Shown here: piece after piece, positions 52,968-62,395 of the stretch | How the letters are laid out: each line of letters opens with the position of its first letter | How positions within the stretch are numbered: the first letter of the stretch is position 1 | Assembly: GCA_963555755.3 (NCBI GenBank) | Contig: OY820905.2 | Span: 4,064,001 to 4,128,000, forward strand | Direction of reading: 5' to 3' | Source of the DNA: Nitrospirales bacterium | GTDB taxonomy: Bacteria; Nitrospirota; Nitrospiria; Nitrospirales; UBA8639 | DNA: 64,000 nt | Made by a program: the position numbers and the translations under genes | Notes under the pieces: model-generated | Databases searched by the model: none | The model's input: the letters and a program-made list of their open reading frames with translations, nothing else | What the model was told of the DNA's origin: nothing

Positions 52968-54765
52968 ATGAACAAACGAATCTTAGTCATCGACGATAAC
53001 AAGGCTATTCATGAGGATTTTCGGAAAATCCTCTGCACTAGTAAGAGCACCGCCAAATTGGGTGACTTAGAATCGGAGTTGTTTGAAGAGGCGGAGTCGG
53101 GGGCTCACCAAGAGGGTTTTGAGTTGGAGTCTGCCGATCAAGGACAAGCCGGGTGGGAACTGGTCAAGACAGCGGTGCAGGAAGATCGCCCGTTTGCCGT
53201 CGCCTTTGTGGATATGCGGATGCCGCCTGGATGGGATGGCGTGGATACGATCGAACATATTTGGCAGATCGACCCCGAGATGCAGATCGTCATCTGCACG
53301 GCCTATTCGGATCTTGCCTGGGAAGATGTCATGCGTCGGTTAGGGAACATGGACAAGCTGCTGATTCTTCGAAAGCCTTTTGACAACATTGAGGTGCAGC
53401 AACTGGCCACAGCCCTGTCACAAAAATGGGATCTCGCCAAGGAAGGGCGTGAACTGCTCACTGAACTGGAGCGGCGAGTCAGGCTGCGAACGGGTCAGTT
53501 ATGCGAGAAAAATGAAGAACTGGTTCGCTCCAATCAGGAGCTACAGCAGTTTGCCCAAATTGCCTCGCATGATCTCCAGGAACCCTTGCGGAAAATTCAA
53601 ACCTTTGGCGATCGACTCCGCACCAAATGTGGGGACGGCCTCGATGAGGTGGGGAAAGATTATCTGGGCCGGATGCAAGGTGCCGCGGAGCGCATGCAAA
53701 CACTCATTCAGGATTTATTAAGCTATGCACGAGTCACGAGCAAGGGACAGCCCTTTCAGTCTGTTGACCTTCAGAACATTGTCCAAGGCGTGTTGTCGGA
53801 TTTGGAGATACGTCTGGAGACCACGGGGGGGCGGGTGAATATGGACGCACTTCCCCGTATCGAGGCAGATCCACTGCAAATGCGCCAATTGTTTCAGAAC
53901 CTCATCGGGAATGCGTTGAAATATCACAAACCGAATGTGCCGCCGATTGTCAAAGTATCGGCCCAGCCCATTGAGGGAAATCTGAACCTGTCCCCAGAAG
54001 CGTCGACGGGGGAGCGGTGTTGGCAGATCGTGGTGGAAGACAATGGGATTGGCTTTGAGCAAGAATACGAAGAACGCATTTTTGCCATGTTTCAGCGGCT
54101 TCATGGTCGGGGTGAGTACGAAGGCACGGGCGTGGGACTTGCCATCTGCCGAAAAATCATTGAACGACATGGAGGAACGATTACCGCCAAAGGCGTGCCT
54201 GAACAAGGCTCAACGTTCACCATCACCTTCCCCGTGCAACACGCGCAGGAAGAATTAGCAGCGGTGCTTCAACAGTGGCTTCCACTGGCTCTTGAAGAAT
54301 TGGACCGTGTGGAGGGGGACTCGTTAGGGGTGAATGCTGAGGATAAAGGTTCTGCGCCATCCGATTTGGCTTCACCGATTTCATCCACGATCCTTGAGGA
54401 TGATCCTGATCCTCCTTTGGATCGAGCGGTCTTAGCCGACCTTCGGAAATTGGGTGGGGATGAAGATCCCGGGTTCCTCGATGCGATCATCGATCAATTT
54501 TTGCAGGATGCCCCTCGCCATGTTGAGGCCATTGAACAGGCAATGACGCAAGGAAATCCTGACGCGCTGATGAACGCAGCCCATTCGTTTAGGGGGGGGC
54601 GGAAACATGGGCGCCCAACCACTCGCCGCGTGGTGTTTGAAATTGGAAGAAATGGGTCGGCACGGGACGGTGGCTGGTTCGGATGTGGTGTTCTCCAAAA
54701 TAAAAAATGAGTGGAACCGTCTGGAAAAAGCTTTACAGACTGAAAAGACCAATCAGCTGGCCTGA
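52968..54765 (+). CDS. Hybrid REC-HisKA-HATPase-Hpt kinase, Hpt frameshifted at a G8 tract
   Basis: ASHDLQEPLR, NLIGNALKY, GTGVGL. Frame 0 stops at 54710; the shifted frame continues GNMGAQPLAAWCLKLE to TGA 54765. Confidence 0.85.
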
Positions 54766-54783
54766 GGGGGAAAGAAAGCTATC

Positions 54784-55260
54784 ATGCAAATAACCGAACG
54801 AGTCGTTGGTCTGGATAATATTCTTTCGCTGAGTGGGAAAGTTGTGTATGAGGCGAGAAAAGATTTTCAACAGGCCTTCTAGGAAGCCAAAGAGAAAATT
54901 CCCCCGAAAACTCGTGCTCAATATGGAAGGGTTGACCTATCTTGATAGTTCTGGGCTGGGGATGCGTGTCGTAGGTTGTGAGCAAGCCAAGCTACTCAAT
55001 CTTGCCTTCTGTTTAGTGAATCCTGTTGGTGCCCTGAGGCAAATTTTTGATTTGGCCCAGCTTCCGGCAATGATGCCTGTGCATGACACTAAAGGGCACC
55101 TCTACAAACCAGGCATTTTTTGTGAGGGCAAGGAAGCCGCGCGCGGAAAACCGGAGTGTATGGGCGAATACATGAGGATGTGAGCACGCGGCTGACGCCG
55201 CCATCACGGAAAAGGACGGTTTTTAGAGGTGCCCTAAAGAACAAGCCCTCCGCCTGACCC
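54784..55260 (+). pseudogene. STAS anti-sigma antagonist (stop, frameshift, MITE insertion)
   Basis: MQITER..; LTYLDSSGLG; removing the MITE restores HDTKEQAL. Confidence 0.8.
55094..55234 (-). mobile_element. MITE family B, TSD TAAA
   Basis: Reverse copy with both TIRs. Confidence 0.92.
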
Positions 55261-55487
55261 CCTCCATACGGATCATACAGAATATATGGTTCTCTATGAA
55301 TTTTGTAGGAACCCCGTGCCAATAATAGAGGACCCATCTGTGGCCACTAGACCCCCAGGGAGCTCATGGGCGAGCCATCCGGGTTTCTAGATTTTTCTGG
55401 GGCTTCATCAATCCGTATCGGTCGGTTGGCCGGATTCTCCTCTGCAGGTGATGGAAGAACATCCCTTGGGAAGCGGTACTCGGGAGG

Positions 55488-55742
55488 CTCCCCCTTTGGA
55501 AAAGGGGGGGAGGGGGGATTGTACGATAACCATACCCTCACACACCAAGCTTGCACTGTCTGAGCGACTAGGGCCGCCCCCGAGTCAGGATGGGGGCCGT
55601 TGGTGCCGGCACCCGCTTTGCCCCTTCGGTTGGATCGGCAGCCACGCCGGGGGAACCCGCTTTGTGGGAGGCAAGAAATGTGCAGAACTTGCCTGTTCCG
55701 GATCAGAAAATCCCCCCAAGCCCCCCTTTTCCCAAGGGGGGA
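55488..55742. repeat. Inverted pair of CCCCCTTT..AAGGGGG palindromic units
   Basis: 55488..55520 and 55708..55742 are mutual reverse complements. Confidence 0.6.
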
Positions 55743-55902
55743 CCAGGCGGGGAATTATTCAACCCATTCACCCTCCCGGTGACGCGAAGAGCCTTTTGTC
55801 TTTGGCTACCGGCAATGGCCGGGACTCGAAAAACGAGGATTGAGCTTCACGCCACTCATTGGGCAATTGATCCGAATGCGACTCCTAGAACCATATATTC
55901 TG

Positions 55903-57931
55903 GTGCGACCAGGCAAGGCTGGTCTGATGGGAAAGGAGGCTGCGAGGACTCTTTGAAAATCAGTTCATGGTCCAGTGGGTGCAAAACCCACCCAACCAAA
56001 GCGGAGCCCGGCAGGGTGGTAGCAAGCCTTGCGCCAGCGCGGGTAACCGTTATGGCGATGCGTAGGCATGCGAGCGTATGGGCCGCAGGAAATGCAGCCT
56101 CGAAAAGTGGAATATCCTGGATGTCTAGGGGCTCGGAATCTCTGAAGACCACGGCGTCGTCGCCGGTATGGGGCAAGGCGGCGGGGCATCCGGCGGGGTG
56201 AACGACTGGGGCACGTACGAAGAGGATGATCCAGGAACCTGGGAGGCCCTCATTTCTCCCTGGGAGATACCCGGTGCCACGGGGACCCGGTGACCACTCT
56301 CCGACGAACACGCGGACGCGGGTGCCTGCGTGACTCGGTGTAGAACAAGCACTCGCCTCAGGGTAGGCCGACGGCAAGGGGAACCGGAGCTGCGGCTGAG
56401 GGGGATGAGGGAGTCGGAGGGCGGCATAGGAGCGACAACGTCGGGGAACGGGGTGGTGCCTGGACCGGACCGAGCAAAGGCTGCCCGTGTTGATAGGAAC
56501 GTCAGGAGGGAACCATGACCAAGGCATTGATGTGGGATTCCATGTCACCGGAACTTTTGACGGTAGCGGAACGAGCGAAACGGGAACCCGAAGGACGATG
56601 TCACGCCTTGGCCCATCTCATCGATGTGCCAGCTCTGACACGCGCCTACCGACGACTCCGCAGGAATGCCGCGGTAGGTGTGGATGGTATCACCAAGGAG
56701 CAGTATGGGCAGGAGCTGGAGCGGAATCTCCAGGATCTGCATCACCGGCTGAAGACGAAGCGGTATCGTCATCAACCGATTCTCCGGGGATATGTGCCAA
56801 AGGGGCAGGGTCGGCACAGGCCGATTGGGATATCGGCGACAGAGGACAAAGTGGTCCAAGGGGCGCTGCGGGACGTATGGGAGGCCATATACGAGACGGA
56901 GGTTACCGATAGCTCGTATGGGTTTCGACCGAAACGCGGTGCGCATGACGCGCTTCGGACTTTGAACCGAGCGGGGCATGGTGGGGAAATGAACTGGATC
57001 GTGGAGGCGGACATCGTCTCGTACTTTGACAGCTTGGATCGCACCAAGCTGAAGGAGATGATTCAGAAACGGGTCGCCGATGGGGCGCTCATGCGGCTCA
57101 TTGGCAAATGCTTGAATGTGGGCGTGCTGGACGGCGAGGTGTATTCCGAGCCGGACGTGGGCACGGCCCAAGGCTCGGTCCTCTCCCCGCTCCTCGGGAA
57201 CATCTACCTCCATTACGTGCTCGATCTCTGGGTAGAATCCGAAGTGAAGCCACACCTCCGGGGGAAGTGCATCTTCGTCCGGTATTGTGATGACTTCATC
57301 TTTGGTTTCGAATGCCAGGACGATGCGGAGTGGGTGATGCTGCTGCTGGGAAAGCGGATGGGAACATATGGACTGACCCTGCATCCGGACAAGACTCGCC
57401 TGTTGTACTTTGGGCGACCGTTCAAGGGGCAGCAGGCAGGCAAGGGGCCGGCCAGTTTCGATTTCCTCGGGTTCACGCTGTAGTGGAAGCGGTCCCGATA
57501 TGGACGCTGGATCTTGGCATTCAAGACCCGAGGTGCACGCCTCACGCGGGCCATTCGGTCTGTGTACGACCGGTGCCGACGCCATCGGCACCGGTCGGTG
57601 AAGGAGCAGCACATGGCGCTCGTGAGGCACGTGCGCGGCCACATGAACTATTTTGGCGTGAACGGGAATATCCGTAGCCTGCATCTTCTTCTGGTGCAGG
57701 TTCAACGTGCCTGGTTCAAGTGGCTTCGGCGTCGCAGCCAACGGACGCGCCTCACGTGGGAGAGGTATCAGGACCTGTTACGGGACTTTCCTCTTCCCCG
57801 TCCACGGATCGTCGTCCAGATCTGGGGGCGGTAACCCGCGAGCCATATCAGCGGAGGAGCCGGATGGTCGAAATGTCCTTGTCCGGTTCTGGCGAGGGCC
57901 TCGGCTGGGTGACTGGCCGGGGCTACTCTAC
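55903..57931 (+). mobile_element. Group II intron
   Basis: 5' GTGCG; domain V GAGCCGGATG..GTCCGGTTC; domain VI ending TACTCTAC; internal RT ORF. Confidence 0.93.
56515..57834 (+). pseudogene. ltrA: Group II intron RT/maturase with amber stop at 57481, no endonuclease domain
   Basis: RPIGI, SYGFRP, ADIVSYFD, GTAQGSVLSPLLGNIYL, YCDD, FLGF*; the maturase continues in frame. Confidence 0.9.
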
Positions 57932-58047
57932 TATGATCCCTCCATACTCGCCTCGACGACCTGACCGACAATCTCTTTAGGTCATTGGTTGCGGCTCATT
58001 TCTTTCCAATGCTACCATGACTTTCCTGACATCAAAGGAGAGTCCTT

Positions 58048-58302
58048 ATGGCCAACGTCACGTTACTTGTTTCCTCTTCATGTGCTGCCTGTCCATCCGC
58101 AAAAAGTCTGTGGAAGCAGATGCGGGTCAAACATAATTTTAGTTATCGGGAAATCGACATTAGTTCGCCAGACGGGCAGGAACTGGCCGAACGTCATTCG
58201 GTCCGCGCAGTGCCCGCCTCGATCATTAATGGCCGGTTGACCTTTGTGGGTGTGCCGACTCGTCAAAGTATCGAGAAAGCTCTCGCCGGACGGAGCGGAT
58301 AG
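58048..58302 (+). CDS. Thioredoxin/glutaredoxin-like protein
   Basis: CAAC, RAVP cis-Pro loop; RBS aaggag. Confidence 0.88.
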   Translation: MANVTLLVSSSCAACPSAKSLWKQMRVKHNFSYREIDISSPDGQELAERHSVRAVPASIINGRLTFVGVPTRQSIEKALAGRSG

Positions 58303-58462
58303 CTCAATCAGGTGTCCTTCTATGGTTACTACTTAGGCGGATGGACTGAAGGCCGAAGGCGTTTAGGTGTTAATCATGAGCGATCCTACAACACTTCGGG
58401 CATTTTGAGCGATAACCTTCAGTCTTTAGCCTTCAGCCTAAATCCCTGAGGAGTCACATTCT

Positions 58463-58648
58463 ATGGAACGCACCCGCCCATTTGGTATGGATGAGGATGA
58501 GCCGGATATTGAGCTGCCGGAACTTCCTCAGTTAAATACTGGCCCTCCGCCGGAATGCTCTTTCTGTGGGGAACCCATGAAGTTTATCGATGCCGAGTGG
58601 GGATGTATCGACTGTAACGGCGAATTCATCGGTCCGGAGACCGGGTAA
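58463..58648 (+). CDS. Small acidic Zn-ribbon protein
   Basis: CSFC..CIDC; RBS gaggag. Confidence 0.7.
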   Translation: MERTRPFGMDEDEPDIELPELPQLNTGPPPECSFCGEPMKFIDAEWGCIDCNGEFIGPETG

Positions 58649-58849
58649 CCCAACCGGGTGGGTCTCTATTCCCTACCCACCAAAAATAGGCTGCCAATCC
58701 TCCAATGCCACGACTCAGGTTATTTCCCTATTGTCTCATGATGGCGTTGCAGTGGTGCTCGAATCCTCACGTATTCCCCAATAGGCTCCGGTTCTGCGTT
58801 CCTCGAGCCTTGTCCTGAGGCAAAAATGAAGCAACCTGAGTAGTGACCG

Positions 58850-61800
58850 ATGCTGTATGTGATTACGGGGCCTCTGTATTCTGACCTTGAAGACGCGTTA
58901 GCCAACCATCTCCAATCGTTTCGATCTCATTCCCCAATTGCTCCTCTAACCATTGCCGTGCCTTCTGAGTTTGTCCGACTTCGTCTGCAATGGGCATTGT
59001 GTGCCGAACGGGACCTGTCACTCTTTAACGTCCATCTCTTGACCTTTTTTCAGGTAGCGCTGCGTGTGGTAGAAGAGCAAGGGCCACCCGTAGCCTGTGC
59101 GTTTCGATCGGACAGTTTTTTTCGTGAATGGATTCACCACCTCTTACAGCGGCGAAAGGCTCTGGTGCCAGATTTGGCACGGCTCATCGATATGCCGGGA
59201 GCATGGGCGGCCTTGTGGAACACCATCAAAGATTTGAAGGATGGCTCAGTGGATGCGGTGTTCGCTCGTGAAGCTCTGAAGCAAACCGTCCACGAACACG
59301 ATCCCGTTTGCCAATCTGTCTTGAAACTGTACGATTGGTATCGCCAAGAACAGCAGCAACGACAGGCTGTTGACTGTGATGATGTGGCCAGAATCGCCAG
59401 CGCGGGCGTGGCGTCTTCGACCTTTCTCTCCCAACAGGCACACATCTGGTATTACGGTTTTTACGACCTGACTCAGGTACAACTGGATCTCTTTCATGCC
59501 ATTGCCCAGACCTATCCGACCACGGTGTATTTTCCCGTTGTCCGGGATCACCCGGCCTATCACTTTGCCCAGCAATTTTTTGATCGACATCTCCTCGGAT
59601 TGAGCGCTGGAAGGATTCAGTCTCTTTCAGGTTCTGGCGAGAGCTCTCCTCTCCGGGCGCTCTTTACGAAGAATGGTTCAGGAATTCAGAGCACACGACT
59701 CAACAGTGAGGAGCCAGAGGTTGCGCCTAGTCAGGAGAAGTTTCTGCCGGTTTGCCAGATCATTCACGTGTCCGGAGCAGATGATGAGATGACGGTCGTG
59801 GCTAAAGAAATTTTACGGTACGCGGAAGACCATCAAGTGCCTTGGCATGAAATCGGTGTGGTGGGACGAACGTTGTCGGGCTATGAACGTCTCCTGCCTC
59901 GCGTCTTTCGGGAGCATGGGATTCCGTTTAACACCACCATGCAGCGATCAATTGCCGAGTTCCCCTTTGTTCAAGCCCTGTTGAGGCTTCTCATGCTTCC
60001 GGTCTCACACTTCCAGCGTGATCACGTCATGGATGTTCTCACGTCACCCTGTTTCCGATGGGCTGCGCGTGGTCTTGATGGTGACTCCCCACGGCCCGAT
60101 CTTTGGGATCGCGTGAGTCGGCGGCTAGGCATTACCAAGGGGCGTGACGAATGGGCTCGGTTTATCCGGGTGTTGAAAAAAGAAGGTGGGAAGCATGAAG
60201 GCCGACAGAACGCGTTGAACCCGAATACAATATCCCACGAACAGATTCACGCTTGTGAACATACCCTGCGAGTGTTGTTCGATGCGTTAAACCGGGTTCC
60301 ACAACGCGCCTCCTATGATGTGTTTGTTGATCATGCCTTGAAACTGGTGGAAGAATTTTTCGTTCCGTCCCACCCTGAGCTCCACAGGAAGTTGCCTACT
60401 TTCAATATCTGGAACGAGTTCGATTCAACCGATCGAGGTCACACAGACGACCCGGTGATCTCTCAAGCGGTCTACGATCAATTCGCAGAGATTCGAATGC
60501 TGAGTCAGATCTCCGACGAGGTGTCCTTTTCGGAATTTGTTGAAACGGTCGAGCGATTCATGCAGGGCGCCACGGTGCCGCTGCATCCAACCACTGACAT
60601 CATTGATGGTGTGTGGGCGTTGGATGCCATGGCCGCACGGGGTTTTTCTTTTCGTGTGTTGTTTGTTGTGGGAGTCAACGAGCATGTCTTTCCGCGACAC
60701 ATTCGAGAAGATGCATTTCTGCGTGATCCGGTACGCCGATTTTTGGATGTGAATTTGGGATTCAAAATGTCGGAGAAAGCCTCAGCCTACGAAGAAGAGC
60801 AACTGTTATTTTATCTATTAATCAATTCAGCCAGTGAGGCCGTGACGCTGTTGACGCAACGTTCCAGTCAACAGGATCGGTCATCCATTCCGTCCTGGTA
60901 TGTGGCCGAGGTGCAACGCTGTGTTGGCGATCTTCCTATTACGGTCGTTCCCAAACGGGGAAGCGAGAAGCGCCGGGTCTTGCCTCAGTATGCGGATACA
61001 TGGCTGACCCCACAGGAGATGCGGGTGCAGTGGCTGTTGGATCATCGTCTCCCCCGTGTCCCCTTCAACCTAGAAACAGCAGTTGGATCACAAAAGTCCG
61101 CGCAAGATCTTGGCGCACCTGGCAAAATAAAAAAAGGTCTCATCACCACCGAGGTGACCACGAAATTTTTTATTTCACCATGCACACCAATATCTCACAC
61201 ATCTGTTTTGCGCCCAACTGCCGTTTCTAGGTTCAATCGTGATGCCCTGGGGTGGGCTATTGTTCAAGGAGGTATTGCCGCGCTTGCCTGTCATGAATCT
61301 TCCTCTCCGCAGTTAAATCGTTTTGACGGATTAACCGGGAGTTTGTCTGAGTGTTGGGAGGACATGCAAAGACGAGGGATGTCCCCAACCGCTCTTGAGC
61401 ATTATGCGCTTTGTCCCTTTAAATTTTTTGCCAAACAGATTCTCAGGTTGGAAGCTATCGGGCTGCCTGAATTAGGTTCTGGAATCGGACCGCGTGAAGC
61501 CGGCAATCTGTTGCATTCCGTGTTGCGGGACGGTGTGGTGGCGTTAGTCGCCCAGGATGCCTTTCGAAATTCGCAGGAGTCCGCTCGTGCTGATGTCGCT
61601 GGAATCGTGAAGCAGGTGACTGATCGGGTGTTCCGCAACTATGAGCAGTGGGCCCCAACCGGATATCCCTTGCTTTGGGAACTGCAACAGGAACAGCTTT
61701 GTGGTGTGGCCAGTCAGGTCATTCTCCAGGATCTTTTTGATGGGGAGGGAGATTGGATGCCCGTTGGGTTTGAGGAAGCTGTGACAGGTGAGATGACCGT

Positions 61801-62395
61801 GATGCTGGGACATGAACCACACCAGATACCCCTTGTCGGTCGAATCGATCGCGTGGATTGGTCGGCTTCGCAACAACAGTCTCGCATCATCGATTACAAG
61901 TACAAAATGTCGGCACGATCCATTCCGACTTCTCAGGCTCTTGCTCGTGAGGTGGTTCGCGGTAAACAGCTGCAACCGCCGCTGTATTTGATATTGGCTG
62001 AAGGTGGAAATCTGTCTGTCTCGCGAATGATAAACCGTGAACCTGACGAAACCCCTTCTTGTGCGGGTGTGTGGTTATATTTCATCACGCCAAATACTTC
62101 GGAATCCGCAGGGCCACTCACGCGCGTGGCGTTCACCCAAGAGATGTGGAAATCGTTGAAGCCGCAATTTGAGACGACCATGAATGTCGTGCTTGGCGGC
62201 ATCCAACGTGGGAAGTATTTCATCGTGCCTGGAAACCATTGTGAGATGTGTGACTATCGCACCATCTGTCATCGCACGCATCCCATGAGTCGCTGGCGTG
62301 CCAAGGCTGATCGGGTGCAAACCAAGGGGCATCGAGATATCCGTTTTATCAAACCGGAAAAATTGTCGGAGTCAGGCAAGGCAGCATCAAAATAA
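58850..62395 (+). CDS. addB: AddB-like PD-(D/E)XK nuclease subunit
   Basis: YGFYDLT, MSPTALEHYALCPFKFF, GRIDRVD, IIDYK, QPPLY, C-terminal CEMCDYRTIC; upstream of a UvrD-type helicase. Confidence 0.85.
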   Translation: MLYVITGPLYSDLEDALANHLQSFRSHSPIAPLTIAVPSEFVRLRLQWALCAERDLSLFNVHLLTFFQVALRVVEEQGPPVACAFRSDSFFREWIHHLLQRRKALVPDLARLIDMPGAWAALWNTIKDLKDGSVDAVFAREALKQTVHEHDPVCQSVLKLYDWYRQEQQQRQAVDCDDVARIASAGVASSTFLSQQAHIWYYGFYDLTQVQLDLFHAIAQTYPTTVYFPVVRDHPAYHFAQQFFDRHLLGLSAGRIQSLSGSGESSPLRALFTKNGSGIQSTRLNSEEPEVAPSQEKFLPVCQIIHVSGADDEMTVVAKEILRYAEDHQVPWHEIGVVGRTLSGYERLLPRVFREHGIPFNTTMQRSIAEFPFVQALLRLLMLPVSHFQRDHVMDVLTSPCFRWAARGLDGDSPRPDLWDRVSRRLGITKGRDEWARFIRVLKKEGGKHEGRQNALNPNTISHEQIHACEHTLRVLFDALNRVPQRASYDVFVDHALKLVEEFFVPSHPELHRKLPTFNIWNEFDSTDRGHTDDPVISQAVYDQFAEIRMLSQISDEVSFSEFVETVERFMQGATVPLHPTTDIIDGVWALDAMAARGFSFRVLFVVGVNEHVFPRHIREDAFLRDPVRRFLDVNLGFKMSEKASAYEEEQLLFYLLINSASEAVTLLTQRSSQQDRSSIPSWYVAEVQRCVGDLPITVVPKRGSEKRRVLPQYADTWLTPQEMRVQWLLDHRLPRVPFNLETAVGSQKSAQDLGAPGKIKKGLITTEVTTKFFISPCTPISHTSVLRPTAVSRFNRDALGWAIVQGGIAALACHESSSPQLNRFDGLTGSLSECWEDMQRRGMSPTALEHYALCPFKFFAKQILRLEAIGLPELGSGIGPREAGNLLHSVLRDGVVALVAQDAFRNSQESARADVAGIVKQVTDRVFRNYEQWAPTGYPLLWELQQEQLCGVASQVILQDLFDGEGDWMPVGFEEAVTGEMTVMLGHEPHQIPLVGRIDRVDWSASQQQSRIIDYKYKMSARSIPTSQALAREVVRGKQLQPPLYLILAEGGNLSVSRMINREPDETPSCAGVWLYFITPNTSESAGPLTRVAFTQEMWKSLKPQFETTMNVVLGGIQRGKYFIVPGNHCEMCDYRTICHRTHPMSRWRAKADRVQTKGHRDIRFIKPEKLSESGKAASK
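61069..61231 (+). mobile_element. MITE family C, intact (163 bp), TSD TTCAA, in frame in addB
   Basis: TIR CCTAGAAAC.GCAGTTGG; TTCAA at 61064-61068 and 61232-61236. Confidence 0.92.

Larger units (their letters stand above)
55270..57939. mobile_element. Non-autonomous IS (~640 bp without the intron), 24-bp TIR, 8-bp TSD CTCCATAC
   Basis: Left TIR GGATCATACAGAATATATGGTTCT; right TIR is rebuilt by removing the intron; TSD at 55262-55269 and 57940-57947. Confidence 0.88.

Noticed and set aside
7641..57483. Amber recoding (in-frame TAG in cynS, STAS and the RT)
   Set aside because: TAG ends normal genes here (2425, 50286), and STAS also has a frameshift; decay is the simpler explanation
55590..57741. 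Long ORFs 55590..56201, 55856..56548 and 56545..57741
   Set aside because: Shadows of the GC-rich intron RNA and antisense of the RT
34342..57834. Diversity-generating retroelement or retron
   Set aside because: The RT lies within group II intron boundaries, and the duplication shows no adenine-specific differences
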